Source: Catajapyx aquilonaris
Taxonomy: Eukaryota
Length of the DNA stretch: 49,672 nucleotides
Direction: 5' to 3'
Assembly (NCBI GenBank): GCA_000934665.2
Contig: KZ538754.1
Location: 1-49,672 of the forward strand
Shown: one piece after another, positions 1-12,425 of the stretch
Layout: the number at the start of each line of letters is the position of its first letter
How positions within the stretch are numbered: the first letter of the stretch is position 1
Program-made: the position numbers and the translations under genes
Notes under the pieces: generated by a model
What the model was told of the DNA's origin: nothing
Database searches by the model: none
What the model saw: only the letters and a program-made list of their open reading frames with translations

Positions 1-97
1 TCATTCATAACTATGTAAGGACACTAGACACACCAAGTTTCATCAAAATCTGAGGGGTCAAGGCCTATCGCTGTGATGATTTGACATGGAATGACCC
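1..97. mobile_element. Right end of a non-autonomous DNA transposon (truncated by the window edge)
   Basis: Ends ...gatttgacatggaatgaccc, a terminus recalled from common invertebrate MITEs; contains the accaagtttcat motif. Confidence 0.45.
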
Positions 98-729
98 CAA
101 TATATTCCAGGGGTTAACCCCTTCGGCCCCAGCTACCTAAATCTAGGCGATTAGATCAACTTACATGTACTCTGAAGGCAAGGACAGGATATTTTACAAA
201 TAATTACAGCTATACTTACACGTTTATGCTCTACACAACGTATGTGTTGAAGACAATTATACTCGTCTGAAAGTCCCTAAATTAATTTCCAAAAAGATCG
301 CCTTAAAAACCCGAACTCCAGGTACTATGGACCAATTGTGAAGCTGATTTAGTGTTGAAATAAACTTTAGAATAGACTGAATGTCAGCCTTGTGAACCGT
401 GCCAGACGAATTTGCTGAAATCATCGCACTTTTCTAGAAATAAATAAATTTGGGTATTTTCTGAAGTGACTCAGTCACAGATAAGAATTAATTGATTTGT
501 CGAAAAGTACAATGATTTCAGCAACGTTGTCTGGGACGGTTCTCAAGATTGTTATTCAGTATATTTTAACGTATTTCATAATTAAATCAGCCTAGCACTT
601 GGCCAGCAGCCCTTGGATTGCCTGTTTTTTACAGCGATCTTTTTGGAAATTAATTCCCAGAATTAAAGATGAGGAAAATTGATTCTAATACATACGTTGT
701 GTTTTGCATGAATGGGTAAGTATGGCTAT

Positions 730-1760
730 TACTAACAACAACAACAACACCATCACGACATTGCCCTATAAGGGGTATTCAGCAATGACGGGAGCCACAA
801 ACTAACCCAAAATATGAACTAAATTAAAACTTGTAAAAATCAGCCTATAAACCACCTGCCCATCGCAGACGACAAACTCTCAATATTAAAGGACCTGTTC
901 AAAGTTATCCTGGCAAAGAAAGGCCACCCACATGGCTCAATGATTCGTGTCATTAGATTGGAACAGATCACTGAAACTTGGCAACGCAGCGGAGTTGGAT
1001 CAAAATGTTGCTGTCCAGCCACTCTAATATATGTCATTCAATGGAAGAATGCTTCTAAAGGGTGACCTTCATCAGTTTGGAGAAAGAGTTCGCCCTTGCT
1101 TTGCCAACGAACGCCATCCTGATTCCGCCCCTCGCTCCTGTCTCTCTTTTAGGGGAGAGAGAGAGAGGAGAGGGAGAGAGGGAGAGATACGCGATTGGGA
1201 AAACGCGTGATATCTCGATGGGGCTTGCATTTCGCATATCGGTTCCCTGAGGCGGCATTTGTCTCACACGAATATTCTTACAACATTTTTACGGGGTAAA
1301 AACCACACGAGTTTTCCTGCCTCTAAATCCACTAATAAAACAGTTCACCACGTGACAACATGTTTTGAATCCTACCAAGGCCGCTAGGTAGCAACCCCNC
1401 GGCCTTTAGTGTAAAACTAGGTGCATAGATTATACACTACAAGATGCGCAAGATGGTTGCCGTTTAGGTAGCGGGGCTACTTGAACAGGTCCTTTTAAAT
1501 ATAACTATTACACGACTATGCAACGCGGTAATTGAGAAATCCCCCCCCCCCCGGAAGAGGAATCAGCAACTAAATTAAATTCCTCCAAGTGACTAGAATA
1601 TTCTCCTCCAAACGACCAGAACACCCACAGGCCAGCGAGAAGAACCAGCATACCGAAATCCACACCCGAACTCCAAGCGCTGTGCAGGACAGAGAAAGAG
1701 GCAGACACCCTTGCAAGCATGACTACCGGTGTCTACCTATGCATTACTGTGCAAGAGATA
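730..1760 (-). mobile_element. Probable non-LTR retroelement 3' fragment with (GTT)n tail, split by the 890-1493 MITE
   Basis: Minus strand ends ...gggcaatgtcgtgatggtgttgttgttgttg; interrupts the P1 MITE. Confidence 0.4.
890..1493. mobile_element. Kolobok-like MITE
   Basis: TTAA|AGGACCTGTTCAA ... TTGAACAGGTCCT|(T)TTAA; AG..CT termini with TTAA target. Confidence 0.7.
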
Positions 1761-2174
1761 TTTGCCAACCTTGTAGTTCTGCACAGCACCCAGAGCCCGA
1801 GTATGAACTTTCAGACGCTACTAGCTGTAAAATATCTTGTCCTTATCTTCAGAGTATGTGTGAGTTGAACAGAAGCGAAAATGTAGGCGATTGAAATATA
1901 GCTGGTATATTCTGCAGTGATCTTTTTGAAAATTAATTTACGGAATTCTATGCTAGTAAAATTGTTTCTAACACATGCATTGTGTCTGTAGACTGTAGAG
2001 CTTGAGTGTACAAGTATAGCTGTTATTAAAATATATTTTCCTTATTTGCAAGTTCAATGGAAGCGAAAAAATTCGAGGCGATGGCAGTATGGCTGGTACT
2101 CCATAGTCAAGTTCTCATCGCCTAGATTATAGGTGGCTGGCGGCGAAGGGGTTAAGGAGGGAGGGAAGCTACTA

Positions 2175-2544
2175 CAGGTTGAGAATTGTTTATCCGAAAC
2201 TCCAAAAATCAAAAACCTCAAAAATCCGAAAGTTATTTTTTGAGTGCTGACATGACTCATCACAGATGGAAAATTTCATGTGTGTAACACGACTAGTGTC
2301 ATTATTTGCATCTGCACATATACAGAATTATTGATAATTTATATTACAAAACTACCAGTCAGGGTCTATGTATAACCTCAATGATGAAATGTAAATAGGT
2401 ATCGTATTTAGTCTGAGTCTCATCTCAAAGATGTCCCATTTTATAGGTGCAAATATAGTAAAAATATTCCAAAATCTGAAAAATCCAATACCCGAAACAC
2501 TTCTGGTCCCAAGCATTTCGGATGAAGGATTCTCAAGGTTCCTG
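2175..2544 (-). mobile_element. Tigger/pogo MITE resembling Tigger4/MER46 (Zombi)
   Basis: TA|CAGGTTGAG ... CCTG|TA; minus strand contains ATCCGAAATGCTTGGGACCAGAAGTGTTTCGG and GTCATGTCAGCACTCAAAAA. Confidence 0.8.
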
Positions 2545-2797
2545 TAACAGCCTGCTACACCACTTATCAACATTGTGATATTCCACGCGCTACTTACTGT
2601 ACATTTTCGTAATCAAATTTGAAATGTTAACAGTTTTATAAGCCATTAGCAAACATAACAGGAAAAATTATTATGTATGGGTATGAAGTGTAGGAAGTGG
2701 TCCAGGAAAAATTCACATGGTTGCTTAGCCATTTTTTTAAATATGATTTTTTAGTACGTGCTCAAACATGGTGTAGATTGAAGCAATATTATTTTAA

Positions 2798-3641
2798 CCC
2801 TAATAAGACGGGTGGTTTTTTGCTTTTTTGCAAGGATCTGCAAAAAATTCGCTTGCTTTCACTTGGGGGACGAGACTTGAATACACTTGTGAATAAGATC
2901 GTCTAGTGTCCAGGCTTGATCCTGAGGCCAACTATATGACCCTCCTCTCATACCATACACAGTGGAAATTCTCAAATGCACAACAAGGTGGTGCATGGGG
3001 TTTGTTTCGCGCCTATTCCAATTTTTTGCGCTGCCTGCTTGACAAAAAGTATTTCGGTATGTAGCCTTGGCACCGCTGAACAAAGCAGTACATAAGCACA
3101 TAGCATGAATTACGTCACAGGCCTGCTAGGTGTGCAGCAGTGATAAACACACATCCCCTCACGAATGTAAACATCCCTTGAGCCACAGCTGTTTAAAAAC
3201 AGCGCGGGGCATGCGTCCCTCCATTCACACGGAGGCCGGCGTTGAAGTGCGCTGACGCCCCGCCAGCCACTAATTGGCATTTACGAACATTATTTATTTA
3301 TTTTAAAACTATTGAATCATCTTTTGCACTAATTTTAGGGTGGAATCTCTTGAGGTTTGGGGGCAACTACGTATGCCAAAAATTTGCCGGTCAAGGTCGG
3401 ATTTTTTTTGTGAAGTTTTTTTTTCCAGCGGCCGCAAAAAGACGATTTCATTCAAGTTAATCCGGTTAATCCGGTTTTTTAATGCATGATTTTGTTGTCC
3501 AAAACTCGCGATTTTTTACGTGAGAGAAAATTTAAAAAGCCACACAGAAACCATGTTACATAGTGGGAAAACGCCATAGTTTCGCCAGCAGAATTTTTGA
3601 AAGCCACCGTATCGGCATATGATACGCCCGTCTTATTAGGG
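2798..3641. mobile_element. piggyBac-like MITE (family P2)
   Basis: TTAA|CCCTAATAAGACGGG ... CCCGTCTTATTAGGG|TTAA; an end fragment recurs at 30362-30430. Confidence 0.85.
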
Positions 3642-3691
3642 TTAATGTGATTGTTTTTGGTTTTTGCTTGGTGGACGTATTCGTTTTACTA

Positions 3692-4232
3692 CAGTTGAAT
3701 CCGGATATAACAACCTCAGCTATAACGGACTTTGGTTATGACAGATTCGAAAGGCTGGTCGCAGCATACTTCCATAAGGCCCTGTATATTTTTACTCCTG
3801 ATATAACAGACTCATTTTCAGCCCACCTCCGCTATTACAGACCATTTCTTGGCCCCTTGGTGGCAAAATATGCTGTTTTTGATTACTCAGCTTTATTTCC
3901 CATGTGAGGAAAGGACTGCATACTGGAGCAGTGGTGATTTTCTCACCTGTCACTGATCCTACACATGGTGAAAAGGTCAAAATCATTCTTTTGCTGGTAT
4001 ATTTAACAAGAATGAGACGGCAGAAGAAAATGACGGGTTTTTTGGGGTCCTGCCCAAGTTATTGATGAGCTAAATTTGCATTTTTGTGGTTAGTTTCATT
4101 AATCAGTATGCAGTAGTGTGCAAAAAGCATATGAAAGTAGAAAACTTGTGTATTCGTTGAAAAAGGGGCGATTTGGCTATAACAGACTGATTTCCTCTGT
4201 CCCTTGTAGTCTGTTATATCAGGATTCAACTG
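3692..4232. mobile_element. Tigger/pogo-like MITE
   Basis: TA|CAGTTGAATCCGGATATAACA ... TGTTATATCAGGATTCAACTG|TA; internal ATAAC repeats. Confidence 0.85.
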
Positions 4233-4939
4233 TATTTGCAATTTCAAGAGTGTGCCAAAAACTCATACCTGTGCATCTCTTTGTCCTATAATCATGGGGG
4301 CAAAAAGCATGTGGTTCTGAAAAAAACATGTTAAGAGACTGGCTACAAGGGATTTTCACTTCATTAGTTCATTTCAAACTTAATTAGGGGAAGTGGGACA
4401 ACACCCTACACGGGCAAGAGCATGTTGTTAGGATATCTCAGTGTAAAGATGGTCACCAGCCATAAAGTTGGCATGGTATGCATTGCCAGATCCTCCTGCA
4501 GTTAAAAAAATTGAGGCGGATAGGCTTTACGTTTCTCATAATGTAAAAAAAATTGGTGGAATTTTCTTCTTACTATTAGCCACTGTTTAGACCTTAGAGG
4601 TTCTGAAGCCCATTATTTTCGGACAAATGGAACTTTCGTGCTTCTGATTAGGCACTACTAAACATAGAAGTGAGTAGTTAATAGTAGTGAGGTTAGTCAC
4701 CCCGTCACATGAGAAATGGCCAATGCGGTGAAGACTGTTCGACTTGTGCATGCTTAACACATTCAACGGGGTTTAGGGAGTCCGAGATGCAACCTGCCTC
4801 TTCGGGATCCTTTCATGAGATGCAAGGTGATTCTCTCGCTAGTAAATCCAAACATTCCTCAATAACTTTTTAATTAGTGTAAGGTTCCCTATGAAAATTG
4901 ACATGTGCTTACCTTGTATGCTGCAAAACAAGGTCTGCC

Positions 4940-5050
4940 AAGAGCATGTGCTGAAAATGGTCCCTTCCAGCATCCAAGCACTTTTCTATGCAAGTCTGCA
5001 TAATTATATTGGAGAAGACATGTTCTAATGTGACACAGGAGCCGAATATT
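4940..5050 (-). pseudogene. Possible Tc1-like transposase C-terminal remnant
   Basis: Minus frame reads TLEHVFSNIIMQTCIEKCLDAGRDHFQHML, like the C....G.HF.H.L ending of Tc1-type transposases. Confidence 0.3.
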
Positions 5051-5670
5051 CAACTTTTTATGAATGTGCCAAGTATACACTCCAAACTTACATCTGGGGT
5101 GAAAATACAGTACTGGTATATACTTGGAGTGCTTAATTTTTAATTACTGGGTTTAGCCATGTTAAAAAGCAGGACCAACTGTCGTTTGCCTTCCAAGGCT
5201 CAGTTTGGAGTGCAGATAACAATTTGGGAGTGTAAATTGCACCATTGCATCCGAACATTTCGCCTCCTGGTAATGGCAGCAAATGATCCCACCATATTGC
5301 ATCAATTGTTTGCAGCTTATTGCTGCCAGGATTTTCTTGGCGATGTCAGTAATCTTTCTTTTACATCCTGCACTGTGTGATTGCACATCTTCCGCCCTCC
5401 TGCGTGTTGATTCAAATTATTCCATTAGGGAAGTCATAGCTCATCTGGTTCTGTTCTGAATTTCCCAGCGCTTTCCTGGGCACAGTGCAATCCCTCGACC
5501 TACTTTTATGCCAAAAATCACACAGCACAAGGAATAACCCAGATATTCCGGGTACTGCCCTTCCATGCTCCATACTCATCAATCCTCATTGTTCATGATC
5601 GGCTCCTCTTTCACTTGGGTACACCGGGAGTACGTAGTGCGCAGGCTCGGAATGTCAATTCTCACTGTTA

Positions 5671-6237
5671 AGGTCTGTTCTCAAAGCAGCGGGTTGGAGC
5701 AAAACGTGTGCTTGCAAGCGCCTTGGAGCGGGTGGTTTGCCCGCTCTGACGTCATTCGAAAGTGGGTAGAGATCAGTAGAGATACACTTGCCAGCTGCTA
5801 GGAGCTAGCGGGCGCGATCTACTCCGGGTTGATTTCTACCCACTTTGGCCCACCACCCGCTCCATGGGGACCAATCCGGTGGCCCTGTGGGAGTCACGTG
5901 GTCACGTGACGTAATCACGTGGGCTCCGATTCGAATGTTTTGGAATATGTCACGTGACGCGGTCTTTATTTACTTGAAAATAGTTTACAAAATTGCAGGT
6001 GTATTTGGTATTAAATGTCACTTTTATGTCAAAAAAGTTCATAGGCAAACGTAATTATTTAAAATATTTTAATTAGCTTGCCGCCGAAAATGGTCTACGC
6101 GCTTACTCTAGCGCGCACCAGCCACGCGCACCAGCTACTTCGTGAAGACCAGAATATTCTCGAGCGGCCAAACCACCCGCTCCAAGGTGCTTGCAAGCGC
6201 ACGCTTTGCTCCAACCCGCTGCTTTGAGAACAGACCT
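5671..6237. mobile_element. PIF/Harbinger MITE with about 75-bp TIRs
   Basis: TTA|AGGTCTGTTCTCAAAGCAGCGGGTTGGAGCAAA ... TTTGCTCCAACCCGCTGCTTTGAGAACAGACCT|TTA. Confidence 0.9.
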
Positions 6238-6395
6238 TTAGGCACTGATTAGGCTATTCAGTACTGGTTTGTAAAAAGTGGTTAACAGAACAACGAAAAT
6301 TCCACCTTAACCCCATTCACTACCAGATAGGCCTGAACCACGTAGATTTTGGCTTATGTGTACTCCAAAGATACGGACAAGATATTTTACAAATA

Positions 6396-6981
6396 CAGTA
6401 AAACTTCCATAAGTCGAATCTTCATGGGGCCGGAAAAAAACTTCGAGTTATAGAAGATTCGAGTTAGAGAAGTTTGGATTTTTTAAAGCACAAAACTCTG
6501 TAAGGAAGCCTACCTTGATATCCAGTGACAAAAGGTGTTCAAAACTTAAAAATAACTGTCACTATCACACTTACAATATTCCTAATTGTTTTGGTGTAAA
6601 AAAAATCTCTGTGATGGACATTTACCTACTCTGAGATTCAAGGATTCAATTGTCACAATCGAGTCAAACACTTCTTTCGGTACATCTGGTAGACGGAGAT
6701 CAGGTAATTGAGCCTTTCTATATACATGTGGCCTACTCTCGACCCTTCGGCTGGGAAATGAGAAAATTTTCCGTGCTGGACAACATGAACTTCGACTTAG
6801 GGAGACTGAAAATGCATTGATATCCCATCGATGAGACCCTGCCTGCACTTCGAGTTATAGAAATTCGAGTTAGGGAAGTTTATTTTCTATTATTTTACAT
6901 TGTGACCAACCAAGCTCGTCATTTTCTTCGACTTATAGAGAACTTCGACTTAGGGAAGTTCGACTTATAGAAGTTTTACTG
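6396..6981. mobile_element. Tigger/pogo-like MITE
   Basis: TA|CAGTAAAACTTCCATAAGTCGAA ... TTCGACTTATAGAAGTTTTACTG|TA; many TTCGA(G/C)TTA repeats. Confidence 0.9.
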
Positions 6982-6983
6982 TA

Positions 6984-7327
6984 ATAATAATAATTATAAT
7001 AATCCGGGTAGTACTCGACCTCCTTATGAGGTATGGCACGGACCTTTATTATATACCATTAGTATACATCAGGACTTTATTGCGAAGCGCCCGGGCCCAT
7101 GGGCCGGGTAACTGGGATTGGATGTGCAAAGTGCAAGTGCAATGCCTCATATGGTACATTTTGTGAACTCCCCCGGGTGATTAGTCTCCAGGAATCCCAC
7201 CCGAGACGAAGCCAGAGATGACCCAACTCTGCATGAGACGAAGGTTGGAATACCCGGGCTTGGGATCGAACCCGGGACCCTGACATCTGTGGGAGCATAT
7301 GTTACCGCAGTGCCACTCCACCTCCTC
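6984..7327 (-). mobile_element. tRNA-derived SINE, family A variant (tail type T1)
   Basis: A/B boxes on the minus strand (GGTTCGATCCC); (ATT)n tail; TSD attttacaaata. Confidence 0.8.
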
Positions 7328-7488
7328 AAATTTTACAAATAATAACAGCTATGCTTACCTGTTCAGGGAAAACACTGAATGTGTCTGGAACAATTTTACT
7401 CGTCTAGAAGTCCCTAAATTTATTTGTTTAAAAAGGCCATAAAAACTCGAAATTGGGGTACTGCCGACCAACTGTTAGGCTGATTTAA

Positions 7489-7492
<4 letters not shown>

Positions 7493-7550
<58 letters not shown>

Positions 7551-7882
7551 TTGGGTGATAGGCGTACCCCTGAGGGGTTTTCAGCCAGACCTTTATTTAT
7601 TTTGAGGTGTTACAATTTGGAATCCTAGTTTTACAACGCCCGGGCCCACGGGCAGGTTGGGATGACTGGAGGGGATGTGCAAGTGCAGTGCCTTGTCTGA
7701 AATGTGGTCGTTTTGTGAGCTCCACCGGGTGGATTAGTCTAAGGAAATTCCACCCGAGACGAAGTCAGAGACGACTCTTAACTCTGCACGAGATGAAGGG
7801 GGTGTCCCTGGGTTGGGTTGTAACCCGGGACCTTAACATCCGTGGGCGCATACATTACCGCAGCACCACTCTGCCTCCCCAT
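7493..7882 (-). mobile_element. SINE family A (tail T1, long (ATT)n)
   Basis: 15-bp TSD ggctgatttaaatat; homology to 7999 and 13145 copies. Confidence 0.9.
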
Positions 7883-7998
7883 GGCTGATTTAAATATGAA
7901 ATGCGTGAAAATATGTGGAATGACAACCTTGAGAACCATGCCAAACGAATATGCTGAAATTGTCATACTTTGCAAGAAATAAATTAATACTTATTTGC

Positions 7999-8344
7999 AG
8001 GGGAGGCGGAGTGGTGCTGTGGTAACGTATGCGCCCACGAATGTTAAGGTCCCGGGTTCGATCCCAGCCTGGGGACACCCCCTTCATCTCGTGCAGAGTT
8101 CAGGGTCACCTCTGGCTTCGTCTCGGGTGGTATTTCCTACAGACTAAACCACCTGGGGGAGTTCACTAAAAATGGCCACATAAAGACATTGCACTACACC
8201 TTGCACATCCCCTCCTGTCATCCTGCCCGTGGGCCCGGGCGCTTCAATAATTAGGTTCTAAATATGTACATCGTACAAATAAAGGTCGTGCTACATGCCG
8301 AGAAGGCCAAGCACTACCCGTATATATATATATATATATATGAA
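7999..8344 (+). mobile_element. SINE family A (tail T1, (TA)n end)
   Basis: GGGGAGGCGGAGTGGTGCTGTGG...GGTTCGATCCC; TSD acttatttgc. Confidence 0.9.
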
Positions 8345-9522
8345 ACTTATTTGCCGCTTTCTGGCACTTTGGAATACTCTCAAATTTATTTACTTCTCGC
8401 AAAGTTTCAAAAAGCCGCAAATAAGTATTAATTAATTTCTTGCAAAGTAAGACGATTTCAGCAAATTCGTCTGGTATGATTCTCAAGGTTGTTGGTCGGT
8501 ATGTTTTAGCATATTTCGTAATTAAATTAGCCTAAGAGTTGGTTGGCAGTACTCCAATTTCAAATTTTTATAGCCTTTTCTTGGAAATTAATTTAGGCAT
8601 TTCTAGATGAGAGAAATTGTTCCAGACACATTCATAGTGATTTCCCTGAATGGGTAAGTATAGCTGTATTATTTGTAAAATATGTTGTCCGTATCTTCGT
8701 AGTACGCATAAGCCAAAATCTACGTGTTTCGGGCATATCTGGTAAAGAAGGGGTTAAACAGTACTGCTAAAAGCTCCTTCGCAGAAACTAACTAACCAGT
8801 TCTGAATAGACGCTATTAGCGGAAAGACGAAAATTTGACCCATTCTCTGCAATTTTTCCACTTTCAGTTTGGTTTTCCTACATCTGCAAAGCTAAATTTT
8901 TTTTTAGAAAATTCCATATTTTGATTCATGGACTGTTGATTGGTTGATTCATTAGGAAGGAGCCAAAGAAACTAAAGCTATCAGGATATTAGAAGTTACA
9001 ATGGTGGGACAGATGGAGATAGAAACAGAAAAAAGAAGACAGGAAAGACTGGTGTCCCATTTTGCTTCTTTCCCCAAAAGACAGTTCTTGGGGTCACTGA
9101 AGAAGGACAAGCGCCCTTCCCCCCCCCCCCCCCCCNCCCCCCCCCCACTGCAATGTGGAGATACCATCTGGAGGGGGGAGGGGGGGGGGCATATTTTGAG
9201 TTCAAGCTGAATGTCAGTCAGGTGGGAGGTCATAGTTTGTACTATATCGCTAAAAAATATGGAGACGATCGTGCATTTGATTTCAAGGCAAAATCGCAAA
9301 AGTCAATCCTTTTGAGGGATATAGTAAGTTACATCTACAATGCTTTACTTCAGGGCTAAAAAGAAAACATCTTGTTCTTTGCTCTTGAATGCGCAATACA
9401 AATACAGCCAGTCCCCCAACTTACGTAAGCGTATCATTCCGCAACATTATACATAAGGCAAATTTTATGTAACTTGGAACCTGTTTAAAATTTGTTTACA
9501 CTATACTGATCTGTACCATGTA

Positions 9523-9732
9523 CATAGGCACGCAAAAAGAATGTCCGGGGAGAGTCTTCGTTCAGCCTGGTGGAGGCAAACCATTGCACCTGGGTAGCTA
9601 AGGGAGGAGAAAAAAAGCTCAGCAGATAAGTACGGACGTACACACAAGTGTGTGTGTACACATCTGTGCAATGGTTTGCCTCCACCAGGCTGAACGAAGA
9701 CTCTCCCCGGACATTCTTTTTGCGTCCGATAG
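9523..9732. mobile_element. Hairpin MITE with TA TSD (Tc1/mariner type)
   Basis: About 65-bp TIR ACGCAAAAAGAATGTCCGGGGAGAGTCTTCGTTCAGCCTGG...; the family recurs at 37228. Confidence 0.85.
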
Positions 9733-9809
9733 TACATGAGGGTAGTATGACAATTATTGGAAAAACTGTTGCAATTTGCATATCAGTATGGGTACAAACT
9801 TGAATATTT

Positions 9810-10200
9810 CACATTCCCTTGAAGTCGTCTCCAGCCATTTTAATCACTGCCATATTCATAGAAGTCTTGGACCACTGTCAGCAGCGTCTTTTGTGGAGGT
9901 GTCACTCAGAGACCACCCAAAGCATGCTTCCCTTGAACGGAAATGAAAGCACCCAGTAAGGGATCCTTCATTTTAGAGACCAAACTCATGTCAGGTGAAT
10001 AGGGGGAATGTTCCAACAGCTTCTATTCCCATTTCTGAAGCAGTTGCCAAACAGCAATGGCCATGTGATCCATGTGACAGTGAGTGTTGTTGTGAAGGAC
10101 AATGGGTCCCCTAGCTGCAACAAATACTTACTCGTACGGCACATTGCTGGGTGGAGATCATGTTGCAATTGTGATAGTGATGCTACTTTCCACACAATTT
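9810..10200 (-). pseudogene. Mariner (DD34D-type) transposase remnant, C-terminal half
   Basis: QHDLHPAMCR..., GPIVLHNNTHCH...LLQKWE*KLLEHSPYSPDMS..KMKDPLLG, and ...IWQ/VIKMAGDDFKGM*; contains stops and frameshifts. Confidence 0.8.
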
Positions 10201-11489
10201 CCATTGCCAATTATGTGCATGTCCATCACTGGCCCTTATCCAACAGAGTTGCCACAGATGTGATATAGGTAGCATCTACTGTGGTGTGGAGCGAGGGGGG
10301 GGGAGGGGTTTCTTAAACGTCTATACCCACCTCGTAACAGTATGGTACGGGAGGCCCCAGTCACCACATTCCTGCACAAGATATTTATGATGCTGTTTGG
10401 CAGATTGTCCACTTGCAACCTGCATCTTGATAAAGCAGTGCTGCTGGATAACGGTGATGACCATGTCTTAGGGCGCTCCCGTGGATGGGGTACACATTAA
10501 ATACACGCTGTTCTGCATGGACTGCTGCTACTGGTTCGCGAATTGTACCATAGGGTTATCCATGGCTGACTCACAAAGTGCCTCTCCACATCCAGTCCTA
10601 GCAGCCAGGGGTGCCGAGTGGTAACAGTGTTGACAATAATTGTTGGACGGCTCTTGTATGTGTACTGGAGTCACTGTCATGTTCAATTGAGCCCATTGGG
10701 AGTGGGAAGGGATTTCCTGCAAGACTCAGAAGCAGGGCCCAAATACCTGTCATGTGTAAACTGAGTGAGAAAATGATTCTCGGATGGCATGTTCTGGTTG
10801 CCACGATCCAAAATTTAATGTGTTTTCTCGCATTTGCCGGCATTTTATGTGTTAACCAGCTTGTTAGGTAGATTTTTGGTGCAGGCAGACATTTTTTTAC
10901 ACAAGTTTGGAGCAATGTAAATTGGGGACTGGCTGTACATGATTTTTTTGCAACAGTAATGGATGATTATACTAATTAGCACTATGTTATGAATGTTTTA
11001 GAGAGAATGAGTGAGACAACATGAAGAGGCTAAATTTGATCAAGGAAGAACATATGGTGAGACATCAATTAAAAATTTGTTGTTATACTGCAGTCCTTTT
11101 CATCCTGAGAGTTTGAGCAATTCTATCCCAGGTTCAGAACCCCTTGGTGTAGTCTTGATTTTGCCTTGCCCAGAATTGGGGGTTTACACGAGTATTCTGA
11201 GTGAACAAGTACTTGCAATCATATCTATTGCATGTGTGTAAGGTTTATGAAAGAAATATAAGGTCAGAGAAGTGACTTAAGGGCCAGTTTATGACAGAAA
11301 ATTTTGAAAGATATCTGATTAGGTAGCTACCGGTATAGGAATTCACAATGAACAATATCTATATGACAGAATTGGAGATTTCCTCCTTGAAGGAAGGGTT
11401 CAGTGATTTTGCATGTTGGGCTTCAAAGATCAAGGATACTTTTCCATGTTCCATGCAGAGTGTTATATCGAGGTTTTACTGTATTGGGA

Positions 11490-11609
11490 ATGTGGGAGGA
11501 AATCGGAGGACCTCTTGAAACTCTCCACATGAGAAAGTGTCCTTTGTCTGACCCAGGGATCGAAGGTAAGACCCTAGAGGTGGAAGGCTGTGGCATTACC
11601 CACTACACA
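11490..11609 (-). mobile_element. Degenerate SINE family C fragment
   Basis: Minus strand agtgggtaatgccacagccttccacctctagggtc...ttcgatccctgggtcaga matches the 32540 head. Confidence 0.55.
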
Positions 11610-11623
11610 ATTAGGAGGAAATA

Positions 11624-12425
11624 CCGAAGCAGTAGTGGTGGAGTGGATATGGTGTCCGACTGCTAATCGGGAGGTCCTGGGATCAAATCCTGGGGCCGGC
11701 AACTTTGACCGTGGTTTTCTGTGGTTTCCCACGGTCCTTCCAGGAAAATTCCGGAGTTGCTTCCGTAATTAACCCTTTGATGGCGGAGTTTTTTTGGCCA
11801 TTTTAGTCCATTTATGAAAAAAAAATCTAGTAGGAGTAATATTAATGAAAAACAATATGCTCCAATATTTATCATTTCAACTCGTGGTGGTCCTTTTGAA
11901 TGTAAAATGCCGAAAAAATTCATCTACAGGGTGTTCCAGAAAAAAATTTAAACTGCAATCAACTTGAAACGTAATTAAATTTATTTAAATTTTTAACGTC
12001 ACTATAAAATTGTCACTGTGGTTTATACATAATACTACTAAAACACTGTGCTTTGAGAAATTACTACGAATCCAGACGTCGCATGTTGTCAAAAATTTTC
12101 AGGCGGGAGGGGGTATGCTTAGCTCCCGCTGGGAGGTGGGAAAACTGATTAGCATACGCCATGGTAGTTGAGCTCCCTTCCACGAGGTGGTAGGAGCAGT
12201 TTGAGCCTCAAACTGCGCCATTTTTGTGTAAACTCGAGCGCTCCCAGTTCAAAAGCCAACAGGACATCATATGATGTCCGTAGCCATCAAAGGGTTAATA
12301 GGCCACAGCCGCTTCCTTCCGTCCCTATCCTATCCCAAAGAGCACAGTAAAATGAAAAGCAAAGAGTTCCAGGCAAAACAAACTTCCCCCCTAAAGAGCC
12401 GAAAAAGGCTGATGACGGGGTATGA

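Larger units (their letters stand above)
118..2151. mobile_element. piggyBac-like MITE (family P1) with nested insertions
   Basis: TTAA|CCCCTTCGGCCCCAGCTACCTA ... TAGGTGGCTGGCGGCGAAGGGG|TTAA; internal homology to 13878-14852. Confidence 0.8.
6311..8753. mobile_element. piggyBac-like MITE (P1-related) carrying three SINEs and one Tigger-like MITE
   Basis: TTAA|CCCCATTCACTACCAGATA ... TATCTGGTAAAGAAGGGG|TTAA; long palindromic arms. Confidence 0.85.
6251..8812. mobile_element. Old small Harbinger-like MITE that hosts the 6311-8753 nest
   Basis: AGGCTATTCAGTACTGGTT ... AACCAGTTCTGAATAGAC imperfect TIR flanking the nest. Confidence 0.5.
9405..10935. mobile_element. Tigger/pogo-like TIR element enclosing a MITE and a mariner remnant
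   Basis: TA|CAGCCAGTCCCCCAACTTAC ... GTAAATTGGGGACTGGCTG|TA. Confidence 0.75.

Noticed and set aside
8953..9080. Purine-rich open stretch after an AG, a candidate upstream USP36 exon
   Set aside because: No recognisable USP36 N-terminal similarity and no convincing donor site.
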